DNA from: Paraphysomonas bandaiensis
Taxonomy: Eukaryota > Protista > Chrysophyceae
NCBI GenBank assembly: GCA_965644295.1
Contig: CBFFRP010000133.1
Coordinates: 248,001-312,000 of the forward strand
DNA: 64,000 bases
Reading direction: 5' to 3'
Shown piece after piece: positions 37,839 through 49,213 of this stretch. The position numbers and the translations under genes are program-made. Within the stretch, counting starts at the first letter, position 1. Each line of letters begins with the position of its first letter. The notes under the pieces are model-generated. The model was given only the letters and a program-made list of their open reading frames with translations. It was not told where the DNA came from and searched no databases.

Positions 37839-40039
37839 TCACGAATTCCACCCACCACTTCGATCATGATACATTTGACTGTAATACGACGGCATGTTTT
37901 GTGCACTTTGTGAACCCAACGGCAAACTTTGCTCCATAGACATCATATCAGCCCCGTGCGAACTTTGGAGAGTTGAAGTCGACACCCTTGAGCCAGGAGG
38001 ATATGTAGTCGAACTATGCCCGCCGGCAAGCCCACCACCCCTACTTATATTCATTGGCAAATGGCTTGCAGCTGGGCCACCGGACCCAGACATTTGGTGA
38101 GGCGCCATGTTAGAGTGTTGTTGTGATTGGTGCAGTAAGTCAACAATTGACATTTCCATACACCTGCCAACAGATACATTATTTACAACATAGCATTGAA
38201 AAAGCAGAACCTTCGAACATCACTGAAAGATACAGCCAATAAATCTTTTCCATCGCGAGAACTCAACAAAATTTTCTCAGGATCACCTGCATCAAGTTTA
38301 TTTAGTGACGATACAACATGTCCCATGTCAATTACAGGAACTCCTTCCAAGTCAGTCTGATGAAAAAGGTAATCTCTGAACAGTTGCAATACATATCTGT
38401 CCCCAGTTTCGCTCCATGATGGCGACAATGAAAACTCCGGCCTTTCGTTTATTAGCCCCAGCTTTGCAAGAAGTCGAAACATTCTTCCATTCTCATATTC
38501 ACTTCTGAGATTCAGATGTAGAGCATCGCTTGACGCCATCGCAAAATCCAACTCATCACACATTTTGTCGTACATCATATGACAGACTACAAAGTACATA
38601 ACACGACAAGGAAGAAATAAACACACTCGTAAATACCTTGTTCAGCACTGCGATTACCCGTAAGCAATGCAGCAACGACACGACAGAGGTCTGAAGAAAA
38701 GTGCTGTTGAAGAAGGTTCATCCCTGCCTCCATCGTCTTGGGTGTGACCATCGATCGAGCAGCCACAGATAGTACCACACATCCCAGTCGAAGTAGGTCC
38801 TCAATTTGCATATCCTCAGTAGACTTACGACTTTCAAACTCTAGTACATCCGCAACACCCACATTGGTGATACGAAAGCGTGCGCCAGAAGTAAGGAGAA
38901 TATGGGCCGGACTGATGGATCGCACTGCCATGTTCCTTGAATGCACAAGACGCACGCCAGCCAGAAGCTGAGCTAATAGCCGCCACAAAAGCGACTCGCC
39001 AACCAGACCACCAGATGTTGCACTTCGTGGATCTAAAAACCGCTGTTTTAAAGTCTGTGCAGCCGGGTGATGTGCGTGAGCGAAAAAAATTGCTCCTTTC
39101 TCTACGGAAATGGAGTACAAGGTCACAATCGAGGGATGCCTTACCGCAGTCCACTTCGATTGCGAATTCTTCAACACCGAAGGATTGATTAGTCTTACGT
39201 TGTCAAACCTGCGCAAGGCATATAGCTGACTATCCGCACGATCCACGACCTTATAAAGACTGCTGGGATACCCAAAGCTTCCACCTGCACCACGTTGAGA
39301 CGAAGGGTCGTCCAGGGGATACGCGGAATGATAACGCACTGGAATCTCCTTGTAGCGGTCGTCATCAGGGTCCATTTGTCGCAAACAATCCAGATCAAGA
39401 CTTTGAAAATGTTGTCGCATGGGTTCAGGAATTCCCACTGCTAATAGGCTGCGCTTGGGAGGCGCTGGGAGAGTTGATGCGGAAGCAGCCCATTCCATAC
39501 CTTCCAACATCAACTGTTGAGACGACTGCCCTTCGATTGCTGCACTATATGCATACGCCATGCTTTCAGGAACAAAAACAGTACTGCCATTCCAAGTCAC
39601 CTGCATACACTATTATTAAAGTATGTAGAGTATTGATGTCCACACAGACACGTACTTCAACCATCTCTTCTGCACTATGTTGACCAGCAGATTCGTTCTG
39701 AGGGTTAGATTCATGGTAGCCCGACTCTACTGATTTCGTAGGAAGCCATTCGTTTGCTGACAAATTTAATCCCGTTGTTGAATAGGCATCGCTGCTACTT
39801 GCTGTCAGCGGCTTACTGCTGCTGGGTATAAATTCTTTCGCTGTCACTGCAAGAACAGAAGACGATGACGCCTCGGCTGTTTTTGTCTTATCCATACGAA
39901 CGCCGCCTAATTTAGAGGCTGGGGACCAATAAGGCGCATTGTCTGATAGTTTATTACCAGGTCGTGGGGGGGTGTCGCTGCTGATGTCATGAGTATGAAC
40001 GAGTCCTGTGCCAGGAACAAATTCTTTGATAGGATTCAT
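37839..40039 (-). CDS. PAN3: PAN3 deadenylase subunit (PAM2 motifs, pseudokinase, C-terminal knob)
   Basis: FGYPSSLYK, YALRR, HPSIV, ENGRMFRLLAKLGLINERPE..WSETGDRY.LQLFRDYLFHQ..LNKLDAG. Confidence 0.96.
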
Positions 40040-40488
40040 TAGAGGTAATCTGGGGAAAATTAAGAATATATTAGCATGAGTTAGGACGCGTTATGGTTGA
40101 GGATATAGCGACCTAGCAGCGAAACGTCAATAGACTGCCTGCTGTTTAAAAGAGCGACATGCTCTGAACATACTGCAGGTGCGGTATATACAGATATACA
40201 GCAGTATACAGTGATAGACTGGATATGTTGGAGTTCTACACATACGATCATAGAATTTAACAGAAAAACTTGTATTTCCTGTAGGAATTCCCAGATATAC
40301 ACTGTATAATACTATTTATCCCCATTTTTTATGTCAACAGCAGATTTTTGGTTTATTGATATTAAAAATGGTACAGTATAGAGAAGTGGAAGTGTGATAT
40401 GCAACTTCCAGCTTTCTGATTGGTTAATACGAGTGAGAGTGTCTTATTTTTGAAGGAGGAAGTCGGCGTGACGCACAATGCATTCTGA

Positions 40489-40639
40489 CGTATTGGCATC
40501 CTTTGTATATTTTTGTTCAAAGATGCCTCTAATATTGAGACAAAAAATATCTGTATTCCAGCTGTTGTTTTATTGCAGATATATAGAATATATTTGCTTC
40601 AATTTATTTCCGAAAAATAAGATGCTGACAACCTACACG
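40489..40639. mobile_element. 151-bp MITE family, copy 2 (right TIR degenerate)
   Basis: Homologous to 21778-21929. Confidence 0.85.
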
Positions 40640-40706
40640 CGTGTAGGTTTACATACAGCATGAAGATAGTGTCCCTCGTAGAGACCACAAGTTAAATCTG
40701 TTACAT

Positions 40707-42783
40707 ATGGCCCGCCTCAGTATGAGAGGAATGAATGGAGCAGAGAGTAACTCATCTCCTGAGAGTCTTCTGGGATTTTTTAAGGGAGTTGGAGAGTCCA
40801 TAGCCGCCTATCGCCTCCCTATGATAGAGTGGTTGCCGGGATACTCGGTCCATGATTTGTATAATGACATGAATGCGGGTGTTACAGTGTTTGTCTTGTT
40901 GGTGCCACAGGGAATGGCTTATGCATTGCTAGCTGGCGTTCCTCCCGTGTATGGTCTCAACTGCGCTACAGTGCCATTGATAGTGTATACTCTCTTAGGC
41001 AGTAGCCGACAACTATCTCTAGGAGCTATGGCACTAACTTCTCTACTTTCTGCTGAAGTTGTTAGTGATTTAGGATACGAACCTGAATCAGCTGAGTATA
41101 TCCATGCCTCTCAGTCTCTTGCTTTATTGACTGGCATATGCTTGACACTGATGGGTATTCTTCAGATGGGTAATTTAACTAATTTGTTATCCCCTTCGGT
41201 CTTGACTGGTTTCATTACGGGTGGTGCAGCTGTTATATTTTTATCTCAGTTGAAGCATATTTTTGGATTGTCTGTTAATCGCGGTCGATATTCTCATGAA
41301 ATATTATATCGCATATGCGTGAACATACCAGAGTTGTCACCGCTGGCATTGGCAATAGGTATAGCTAGTGTAATAGTACTTTTAGGCATCAAAAAGTGGC
41401 GTCAGTGGTATAAGAAACAAGACAAATCGACACGTTCAGAGTGGAACGATAGATTGTATATGATATCGAACTCTGCGCAATTATTTGTTGTTTTTTTCAC
41501 CACGGTTATTTCTTACGTAGTACACAAGTCGTCTTCGCTTCGTATTCCGATTGTTGGCCATGTACCAGCTGGTTTAAAGACTCCAACATTTGTAGGGTTG
41601 GACATTAGATTACTTCCTGGGGCTGTGGCAATCAGTCTTATATCATTTGCTGGTATGCATGCTGTTTTGTGATGACTGTTCACTACAATGTGATTGCGCT
41701 GTAGTGTCTACCTTAAGTGTTTTGTCGTTTTGTCTGTGATGGAGTGATTGACGAAATATGTCATTTCTGCGGCATGCTTTATGTATAGTCTTATTCGTAC
41801 TTGCTTCAGGCAATTGGGCTGTCGGTAAACAGTTTGCCAAAGGCTATACACTGTCGGCAGCAAGTGAGCTCTTTGCAACAGGCGCGGGCAATATAGCGTC
41901 ATCTATATTTAATGGTTTTATTGTGTCTGGTGGTCTGTCAAGATCTGCTGTCAATGCTGAAGCAGGAGCAGTGACTCCGATGGCTGGGACAATTAGTGCG
42001 ATATTCATGATTTTGGCAATTCAGTTTTTGACGCCACTGTTTCACTTTTTGCCAATGGCCACACTAGGAGCAATTATAGAAGTTTCTGTTGTATCAATGA
42101 TAGATATTGCTTCTATTAAAAAGGCGTATGATACGAAAAGCTATTCTGATTGTTTCGTAATGTGTACCACTGCGTGTGTTGTATTTTTTCTGGATATAAA
42201 TATCGGTTTAGTGGTGGGAATACTTCTATCGTTTTTGGTGTTTTTGTACTACAATATATATCCAGATATAGCCTTTGAACAGTTTTTGCCTTCACATTAT
42301 TCGAATTGTTTTGCTGATAAAGAAAAGGGCGCAGACAACGACGGCTACGGTTATTTCAATGCTGTAATAAAGACGACAGCACCTTTGTTTTTCGGAAACT
42401 GCGAGGTTGTGGTCGATTCAGCTTTGGACACGCTTCGGGATATTCATTGTAGCAGTGATATTAGTGGTGAAAGTACAGGAATAGTTTTTATGGATGCATC
42501 TTCTTGGGGTCGTCATATCGACATGCCCAGTGTAGCGGCTATTCGAAAAGTTGCTGAAGAAGCAGAGTCATACGATAAGCCTAAACTGAAAATTGGATTT
42601 CTCAACCTGCATGACAATTGTCTACAAACCCTAGTTAATCATGGAGTTGTTGGCAACATCGATACGTGCTCCATTGGTTATGAATTAGTAGTACGTGACC
42701 TGCATGCTTACGAAAATTTAATGCCGCCGTGCGCTCAATCTGGAGAAGTTTCACTGGGAGAACGTAAGGAAATCGAAATTTGA
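40707..42783 (+). CDS. SulP/SLC26 anion transporter with STAS domain, one intron (~41654-41809)
   Basis: WLPGY..DMNAGVTV..VPQGMAYALLAGVPPVYGL, GSSRQL, SRSAVN, PLFFGN..FMDAS..ID. Confidence 0.95.
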
Positions 42784-43201
42784 AGCTATTGTGAGTATAT
42801 TTCTATTAATTAATTTTATGTGCGTTTTGGTGTCTGCTGCAGTTTTATATATCGCTTTTGATTCATGGATTTTATTAAAGCAGAATTGAGTGTCAATCGG
42901 AAAATTTGTAAGAAACAAATTGTCCTAAGAAGTACACATATATGTCTTGAGAGTAAACCGATTGTGTTTACTAAGTGTAGTATTCCATAAAACGAGCTCA
43001 AAAGTAGAGTGGCATCTAAAATGAGTATCTTAATTTTAATGGGAGCAAATTTATTGCTAAGGGCTTTTGACGAAATCTTAAACGGATGCTTGTATAAAAT
43101 GAAAAGCCCAATAGAATAAAGTTACACACTATGATACCACTTATAGGTACACAACTAACAACTACTACGACGTAAATCCCATAGAACACAAAGATATCTA
43201 C

Positions 43202-43400
43202 TGTTGAGTTTTGCTGTTTGTGAGCAATTAAAAGCTGTAGTTTCCAAGATATTAGAATTATATCCGTTACTCAAAGAATACAGTAGTAGCTAGCTGTAGT
43301 ATGAGAACCAATAATATGATAGCCATTGTAGTGATAAAACTGAAATATACTGACTGTACAAGATAGTGACGATGTAAGATCGTGTTATACGTTTTATGGA
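43202..43400 (+). mobile_element. LTR family C fragment
   Basis: TGTTGAGTTTTGCTGTTTG..AATTAAAAG..AAGAATACAG matches the LTR that follows the Copia polypurine tract at ~57950 (minus). The right end is uncertain. Confidence 0.55.
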
Positions 43401-43893
43401 GAGAAACTTCGCATTATTTACTCTTCCAGATACAACTTTTACGAATACTTTCATCTTTCACGCTACCAGTAGACCAACAGCTCTCTGTGTAGGCCGCTGT
43501 ACGAAGAACACCCCCCCAAAATGACCCTCAAATATAGGTACATCCCACGGCAATACGATGATTGACATATACAAAGCGCATATATGCAATCAACTTTGCC
43601 TCACTATCAATACCACGTTCTTGAAGCATACACTTCCGCCTCATTCTCTTCAAGTTTCGTGTAGATTCGTGTAGAATACGATCTGATTAACATCTGAGAA
43701 AATTATATTGCTGTGTTGGGCGTGGCGAGATATCGACAGCACAGTCAATCCCGCGTAATCTATTTCAATGGAACACCCACTCGATATCACTCATTCAATG
43801 GAAAACGACGAACAGATTAACATCAACTGCAAAAGGCTGCAAATCGATAAACTAAACAGCTCTCCATTATCAGATACGGCAGCCCGATAACCG

Positions 43894-44044
43894 CGTATCG
43901 GCAGTCAGCATCTTCTTTTTCGGTAATAAAATGAAGCAGAAATCCTCTTTATAACTGCAGTATAAATACGGCTGGAACACACATAATTGTTGTCTCAATA
44001 TTAGAGGCATATTTGAACAAAAATACACAAAGGATGCCGATACG
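43894..44044. mobile_element. 151-bp MITE family, copy 3
   Basis: Perfect TIR CGTATCGGCA/TGCCGATACG, 2-bp TSD CG. Confidence 0.9.
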
Positions 44045-44495
44045 CGATAAGGCTTTTCAGCACTTTATTTGAGGAAATAGTGATTGAAGTCCACAAATCT
44101 TTGAACTTTTGTTTACAAAAAATGTCCAAAAAAATGGCTGAAAATGGCGTATCGAAAGTAGGAGCAGCAGACGACAAAGAGGTTATGGCTATATTCAGTG
44201 TTCAGATTTCAGTTTTGCTTAATAAGCCACCAAAAAAGCCATTTTTGACCACTGAATTTTCAGAATTCAGTATTCAGAAATTCAGTTTTCCTAATAAGAC
44301 CCAAGAACCGATATCTTAATACGGAGAATACCGGTAGAATACTATAGTATTTCTGGGAATGGTTCGGATATTTCTGACCTTGTCTTCGCACTCTTCCTCC
44401 TCAAGTACTGCTGCAGTATGGCAACACATAGAGACACATCGACATCATAATTATTCACATATCTGCACACTGAGAGAGAAGAGAAGATCAATAGA

Positions 44496-46586
44496 ATGTC
44501 CGCCTTTGTACCTGCACCTGCACCCATGTCTGCCTTCAAGCAAGCTGTTCTTAACAGTGAAAATCCTGATGATGGTATGCTGCGCACACGAGGAGAGAAC
44601 AGACACCCTGCTCTAACAGCTGCTGGACTCGGCGACTCTCTTCTGGCTCTCTTCGATAAATTCTTTCAAGGAATTTCAGAGAATGATCTGCGTGAAAGCA
44701 TCCGCAGAGTGATCGAAGAGTCTCGCGCACAGTCTGACATTGAGATCATCGTCAATCTATTCGTAATGGCGTTCCACACGAGATGGTGTCGAGGAGGAAA
44801 AGGCGCTAAGTTACCTTTCTATCAGTGCCTCAAGATTCTCTATGAAGTGTTTCCTGTTCCCGTAGAGCATTTAATAAGCCTTATACCACAGTATGGGTAC
44901 TGGAAAGATTTACTGTTGTTACTAGAGGAGGTCAAAGAAAATCCTGTGCGTGGTGTAAACTATGAACGTCTTGAAGATGTGGTTTGGAATGTATATGCTA
45001 AACAACTATCTGAGGACTACGTTGCTTTACAAACTCATAAAGCAGCTGGAACTACACCTTCTTTATCTTTTGCGGGAAAATACGCCCCGCGGGAACATAA
45101 GCATTTGGATGGATCGCTGAAGGGGGTCAAAAATCTTGCGAAGAGAATGTTTAAAAGCGATTCTAGCATTGTTATTTCCAGTCCTGGGCCAATCCATCCC
45201 AATGAAACTGATGACGGTGTACTCATTGACAATCAAGGCGAAGAAATATTGGAAGGCAGCGGTAGCAAGAGTCTCCCCCACACCTTTTCTCTGAAACGTA
45301 AGTACCGAGAGGTGGTGTCATCACTTGCGACCGCATTAGACATACCGGAGGTTAAGATGTGTGCACATCAATATAGCGAGATTAAAATATCAGCTATTCC
45401 CTCAAAATGCTTATCAAAGAACGAGAAAGCCTTCGCAAATGAAAAGTTGCATGAAGCCCCTCATGGCCCCGTCGAGGAAGAGAAGGGAAACCGATACCCA
45501 GATAACCCTGACCGCGTCGGGTGTCGCAAGAACCTTGTCAACACGCTCAGCACAGGAAATGTAAAGGGTGCACAAAACTATCCACACGAGTACGTAGAAA
45601 AGGTTTTTAAGAGCAGGAAGATGTCATTTGTGAGCAAGCTGACGGTGAATGCGCAATGGGTCAGTATGAGGGGAAGTATTGAGCGCATGGTAACTCAGAG
45701 ACGCGAGTCCAAGGGATCGGCCTTATCTGAAGTGTCTCTTGGAAATCTTGTCCCAATATCGGATGTCTCCGGGTCAATGAATGGGACTCCAATGGCGGTG
45801 GCTATTGGCTTGGGAATTCTATGCTCAGAGCTCGCTAACCCCGCTTTTAAAGACCTTGTAATGACGTTTTCCGCCGACGCGACGTGGGAGCACTTAGGTG
45901 ACTGCAATTCTTTTGTAGACAAGGTGAAGAAGCTCAAAGCAGCTCACTGGGGGTATAACACTGACTTCGTAAAAGCCATGCAACGAGTTGCAGATGTGGT
46001 TCGAGACCATCATCTTGCTCAAAATGATATACCTAACCTCCTGGTAATATCTGATATGCAGTTCGATGAAGCCTGTGGCAGCGATGAAACGGGATTGGCA
46101 TGGAATACAGCATATGAAAATATAGAAAAAATGTTTCATGACCTTGGTATAGACATGAATGGCACACCATTCGCCCCGCCCACTATCATTTTTTGGAACG
46201 TACGGGGGTCAGTGGGGTTCCCGGCAGCAGCAGATGACAAGGGAGTGATTCTTCTGTCGGGATACTCCCCTGCCTTAATGAAGTTTATCCTGTCGGGTGA
46301 GATGGAGAAAGAGGAGGAGGAAAAGAACCAGAATGATCAAGGGGAGGTCATGGTGAAGAAAAGGAAAGTACAAGTGACCCCAGCAGAGGCATTGCGTAAC
46401 GTTCTACATGACGAGGCATTGCTACCTGTTAGACATGCTCTCAGCGGCCTGTCCGAACACCTCGTTGTTCATTCTGAAAATTTGCTTTCTGATTCGCCAC
46501 TTCTGAACTCCAATACGAATCGGAATCGAAATCGAAATAGAAGTAGTAAAAGAAGAGGAATTAGAGGAAGATGTAGATCGCTTTAG
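44496..46586 (+). CDS. DUF2828-type protein (TROVE-like helical region plus C-terminal vWA), intronless
   Basis: R..RGGKG, YGYWKDL, GKYAPRE, L.IPEVKMCA, SDVSGSM (MIDAS), TFS, WGYNTDF, ISDMQFD, IIFWN, LSGYS. Confidence 0.9.
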   Translation: MSAFVPAPAPMSAFKQAVLNSENPDDGMLRTRGENRHPALTAAGLGDSLLALFDKFFQGISENDLRESIRRVIEESRAQSDIEIIVNLFVMAFHTRWCRGGKGAKLPFYQCLKILYEVFPVPVEHLISLIPQYGYWKDLLLLLEEVKENPVRGVNYERLEDVVWNVYAKQLSEDYVALQTHKAAGTTPSLSFAGKYAPREHKHLDGSLKGVKNLAKRMFKSDSSIVISSPGPIHPNETDDGVLIDNQGEEILEGSGSKSLPHTFSLKRKYREVVSSLATALDIPEVKMCAHQYSEIKISAIPSKCLSKNEKAFANEKLHEAPHGPVEEEKGNRYPDNPDRVGCRKNLVNTLSTGNVKGAQNYPHEYVEKVFKSRKMSFVSKLTVNAQWVSMRGSIERMVTQRRESKGSALSEVSLGNLVPISDVSGSMNGTPMAVAIGLGILCSELANPAFKDLVMTFSADATWEHLGDCNSFVDKVKKLKAAHWGYNTDFVKAMQRVADVVRDHHLAQNDIPNLLVISDMQFDEACGSDETGLAWNTAYENIEKMFHDLGIDMNGTPFAPPTIIFWNVRGSVGFPAAADDKGVILLSGYSPALMKFILSGEMEKEEEEKNQNDQGEVMVKKRKVQVTPAEALRNVLHDEALLPVRHALSGLSEHLVVHSENLLSDSPLLNSNTNRNRNRNRSSKRRGIRGRCRSL

Positions 46587-46631
46587 ATGTATGATAGAAG
46601 CACTGCATCACATGTAGGAAGAAGGATGAAG

Positions 46632-47992
46632 TTGGTCTTAACCACACTCATTAACCACAGTCAGTAACCACACTTATAAGAAGTAATATATTTACGTCCA
46701 AATCAATTAAATTTATTGTATTACTCTGCTAAATAGTACTATCAGAGAGTGTGCTTGCATACTCATACAAATCGTTTGCTAGAGTTTGACAATAACCAAA
46801 GTACTCAAAATCTTCGGAATCGACATTCATTATATGACGATATGCGTTGACAGTGTTTTCTATTATACAACCAACATAAACGAATTGTGCTCTCCCGCCT
46901 CACCCAAACGCCCATTGCCACCATCCCTGTGTGGTCATACCCTCTGTTTGATTTGCTTGTTGTATTTGTCATAGGCATAAAACAGCTTGTAATAGTCATC
47001 ACGCACAGGAATACATATATGATATCGAGGCCTTGGTTGTCCGCCTCGTGTACGCATACTTAATACTGTGTGTTGCTTCCCATCTTTCTGCTGAGCGTGC
47101 ACAACTATTTGCTTCTTTCTTTTGTTCTATACCCATTCTATTTTCCCCACATATATCTACTCCGTGCTGCACCAGTCGTGTCAACGCAGGAAATTGCTTC
47201 GGATTAATAATCCCTCTAAGAATACTCTTAAACTTCAAGGAGACATCTTCAGAGTAGAGCTTGTCACATGTAAAGTTGGCAGTGAATGTTTCGGCAAATA
47301 GTATGCCAAACGACGAAATCGTAGGATAATTTCTTCTGAACTCTTTTCGGTATTATTCCAGTCCTGAACACAGTGGACGGACCTTCCTCTGGACACCAGT
47401 AAACACGAATTGTTCGCCATAAATACGAATCCAAATAGCACGCATCTTGTTATATCTTACTCACAGTGAACACCTCAGAGCTTCCTCTGTCGAAAAAGAG
47501 GTGCTCAGGATCTATATCTCGGGCAATTGTTGTGACAAGTGCAGGTGTAACAAACTAAAGAAATATGCTCAGGAGCGTTAGCCTTCGCAGCTCTAACGTT
47601 GGATATTGACTGAGAAGGTCTGAATCTGGCAAATGAAACAATTTATGTCTCAAACCAATCCGCTTCCACTGTTTTTTAGCCTTCTTCGACTCAGCCCCTA
47701 TTTTGGCTTGCCGTGCAGCCTTCTCTGTGCGCTCTTTTGTATTGGATCTGCTCTGCTTTGGAGACATCTTTAAGTATAAGAATGAGTCGAATATAATGAA
47801 GTTACCTGCACATCATTTTGCCCTGTGGTTGGGTCACTGGGAGTGCTGTCCGCTGCTGTCATATGAATTCACATACTTCATTTGAGTTGAGTCCGAATTG
47901 ACTGTTACGTTTTTTCCGTACATAACAACAGTGTTTTTTGTGTTTTTTGTGCTGTGATGGTGAGTGTGGTTTTTGAGTGTGGTTAAAACCAA
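46632..47992. mobile_element. Non-autonomous TIR element (~1.36 kb)
   Basis: TTGGTCTTAACCACACTCA versus TGAGTGTGGTTAAAACCAA (18/19 inverted match), subterminal AACCACA repeats, decayed interior. Confidence 0.7.
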
Positions 47993-48383
47993 GTGTTATT
48001 TAATAAGAGTCTACAAAAGAAAAACTTTTACGTACTAGCGTTTTCGATTTTATTTGTGCATCTTAAGGAGTGAAATACTTGCAACATAAAATACATTGTA
48101 ATTAAATTCTAATCCTTTAACAACTCAGAACTCTTGAGATACTGATATCTGATATATTTACAGTAAACATTAATTGACGTTGTAATAGATTAGTTTATCT
48201 TTGAACACAACTCAGAATCAATCCTTTTTTTTTTTTATCAGATTATTTACACGGAGATTATATGACCCGCAGCCGTTCAGTTTTCACTGGAACAGAAGTA
48301 ATAAGTGAAATATTATACTCAATTTTATAATATTATATAATCCAAAAAAGCCTCAGTCATAATCCATGAAAAATTGTCCTCTA

Positions 48384-48905
48384 TGTTAGATTCTGCAGAA
48401 TGAGGCAATATATATAGTGCTATTGAAATGAGTTAATAGTGTGCAATATTCTACTATTTACTATTTATCGCTACGAAAGCTGCTTGTGCGCATCACTCAA
48501 AGCAAACGCAGTGAGCAAGCAGGGTGTTGATATACCTGATATGTGCTGACTTCAGGATATTTGAGTCCTTAAGGTGAACAGCCCGGATGCTTGACTTCAG
48601 CAGGCAGCACAATACCCCGGATGCCCTTGAGGTGGGCTCTGTTCCGGATGCCTGTTTTACTGTTTATTCGTCAAAGCCCAAAGACGTCTACAGAGTGTTT
48701 GGCAATGAGCTATGACTGGGCAGAATAATATCTGCTGAATGTATATGCGGCTCGCGTTCGTTTCCCGGAGAAATATCTCCGGTACTAATCCCCCAGAACA
48801 CCACAAAAAGGTGCGAGTTCGACTTTGTTGAGGAGATATGTGACACGGTGAAGGTTTACGTGTGGAGCAAGGTTAGCTTCATCAGTGTAATGCCCATTTC
48901 TAGCA
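48384..48905 (-). mobile_element. Family B LTR whose interior is replaced by a family A copy (48452-48832)
   Basis: 48384-48450 and 48850-48905 match the two ends of LTR B in reverse; TSD CTCTA/TTCTA. Confidence 0.7.
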
Positions 48906-49213
48906 TTCTATAGTGTGGTGATATTCTCTTCTAGTAACAAAACCAAAAAAACACAGATATTGCAAAATATCAATTAAGAAGATTTGGACCACCGTGAAGG
49001 TGTATAATCATTGGGTTACATACTGCAAGCTTTCTTCATTTCGTTACAACTGAGATATGGCGTCACAATTTTTAATTCGCCAAACACCTTGGTGAAACCA
49101 TTCTTACGAAACGTGTTACATGTAAAATTCAACTATAAGGGTTCTCATAAAACTTCCATATAATACTCACGATAAATAGTCTTCGGCTCCATAGCAGCTA
49201 CCGCCTTATGTGT

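Noticed and set aside
46890-46940. PHRDGGNGR on the minus strand, resembling a Fic or HxD motif
   Set aside because: It does not fit HPFxDGNGR and sits in a decayed element without supporting context.
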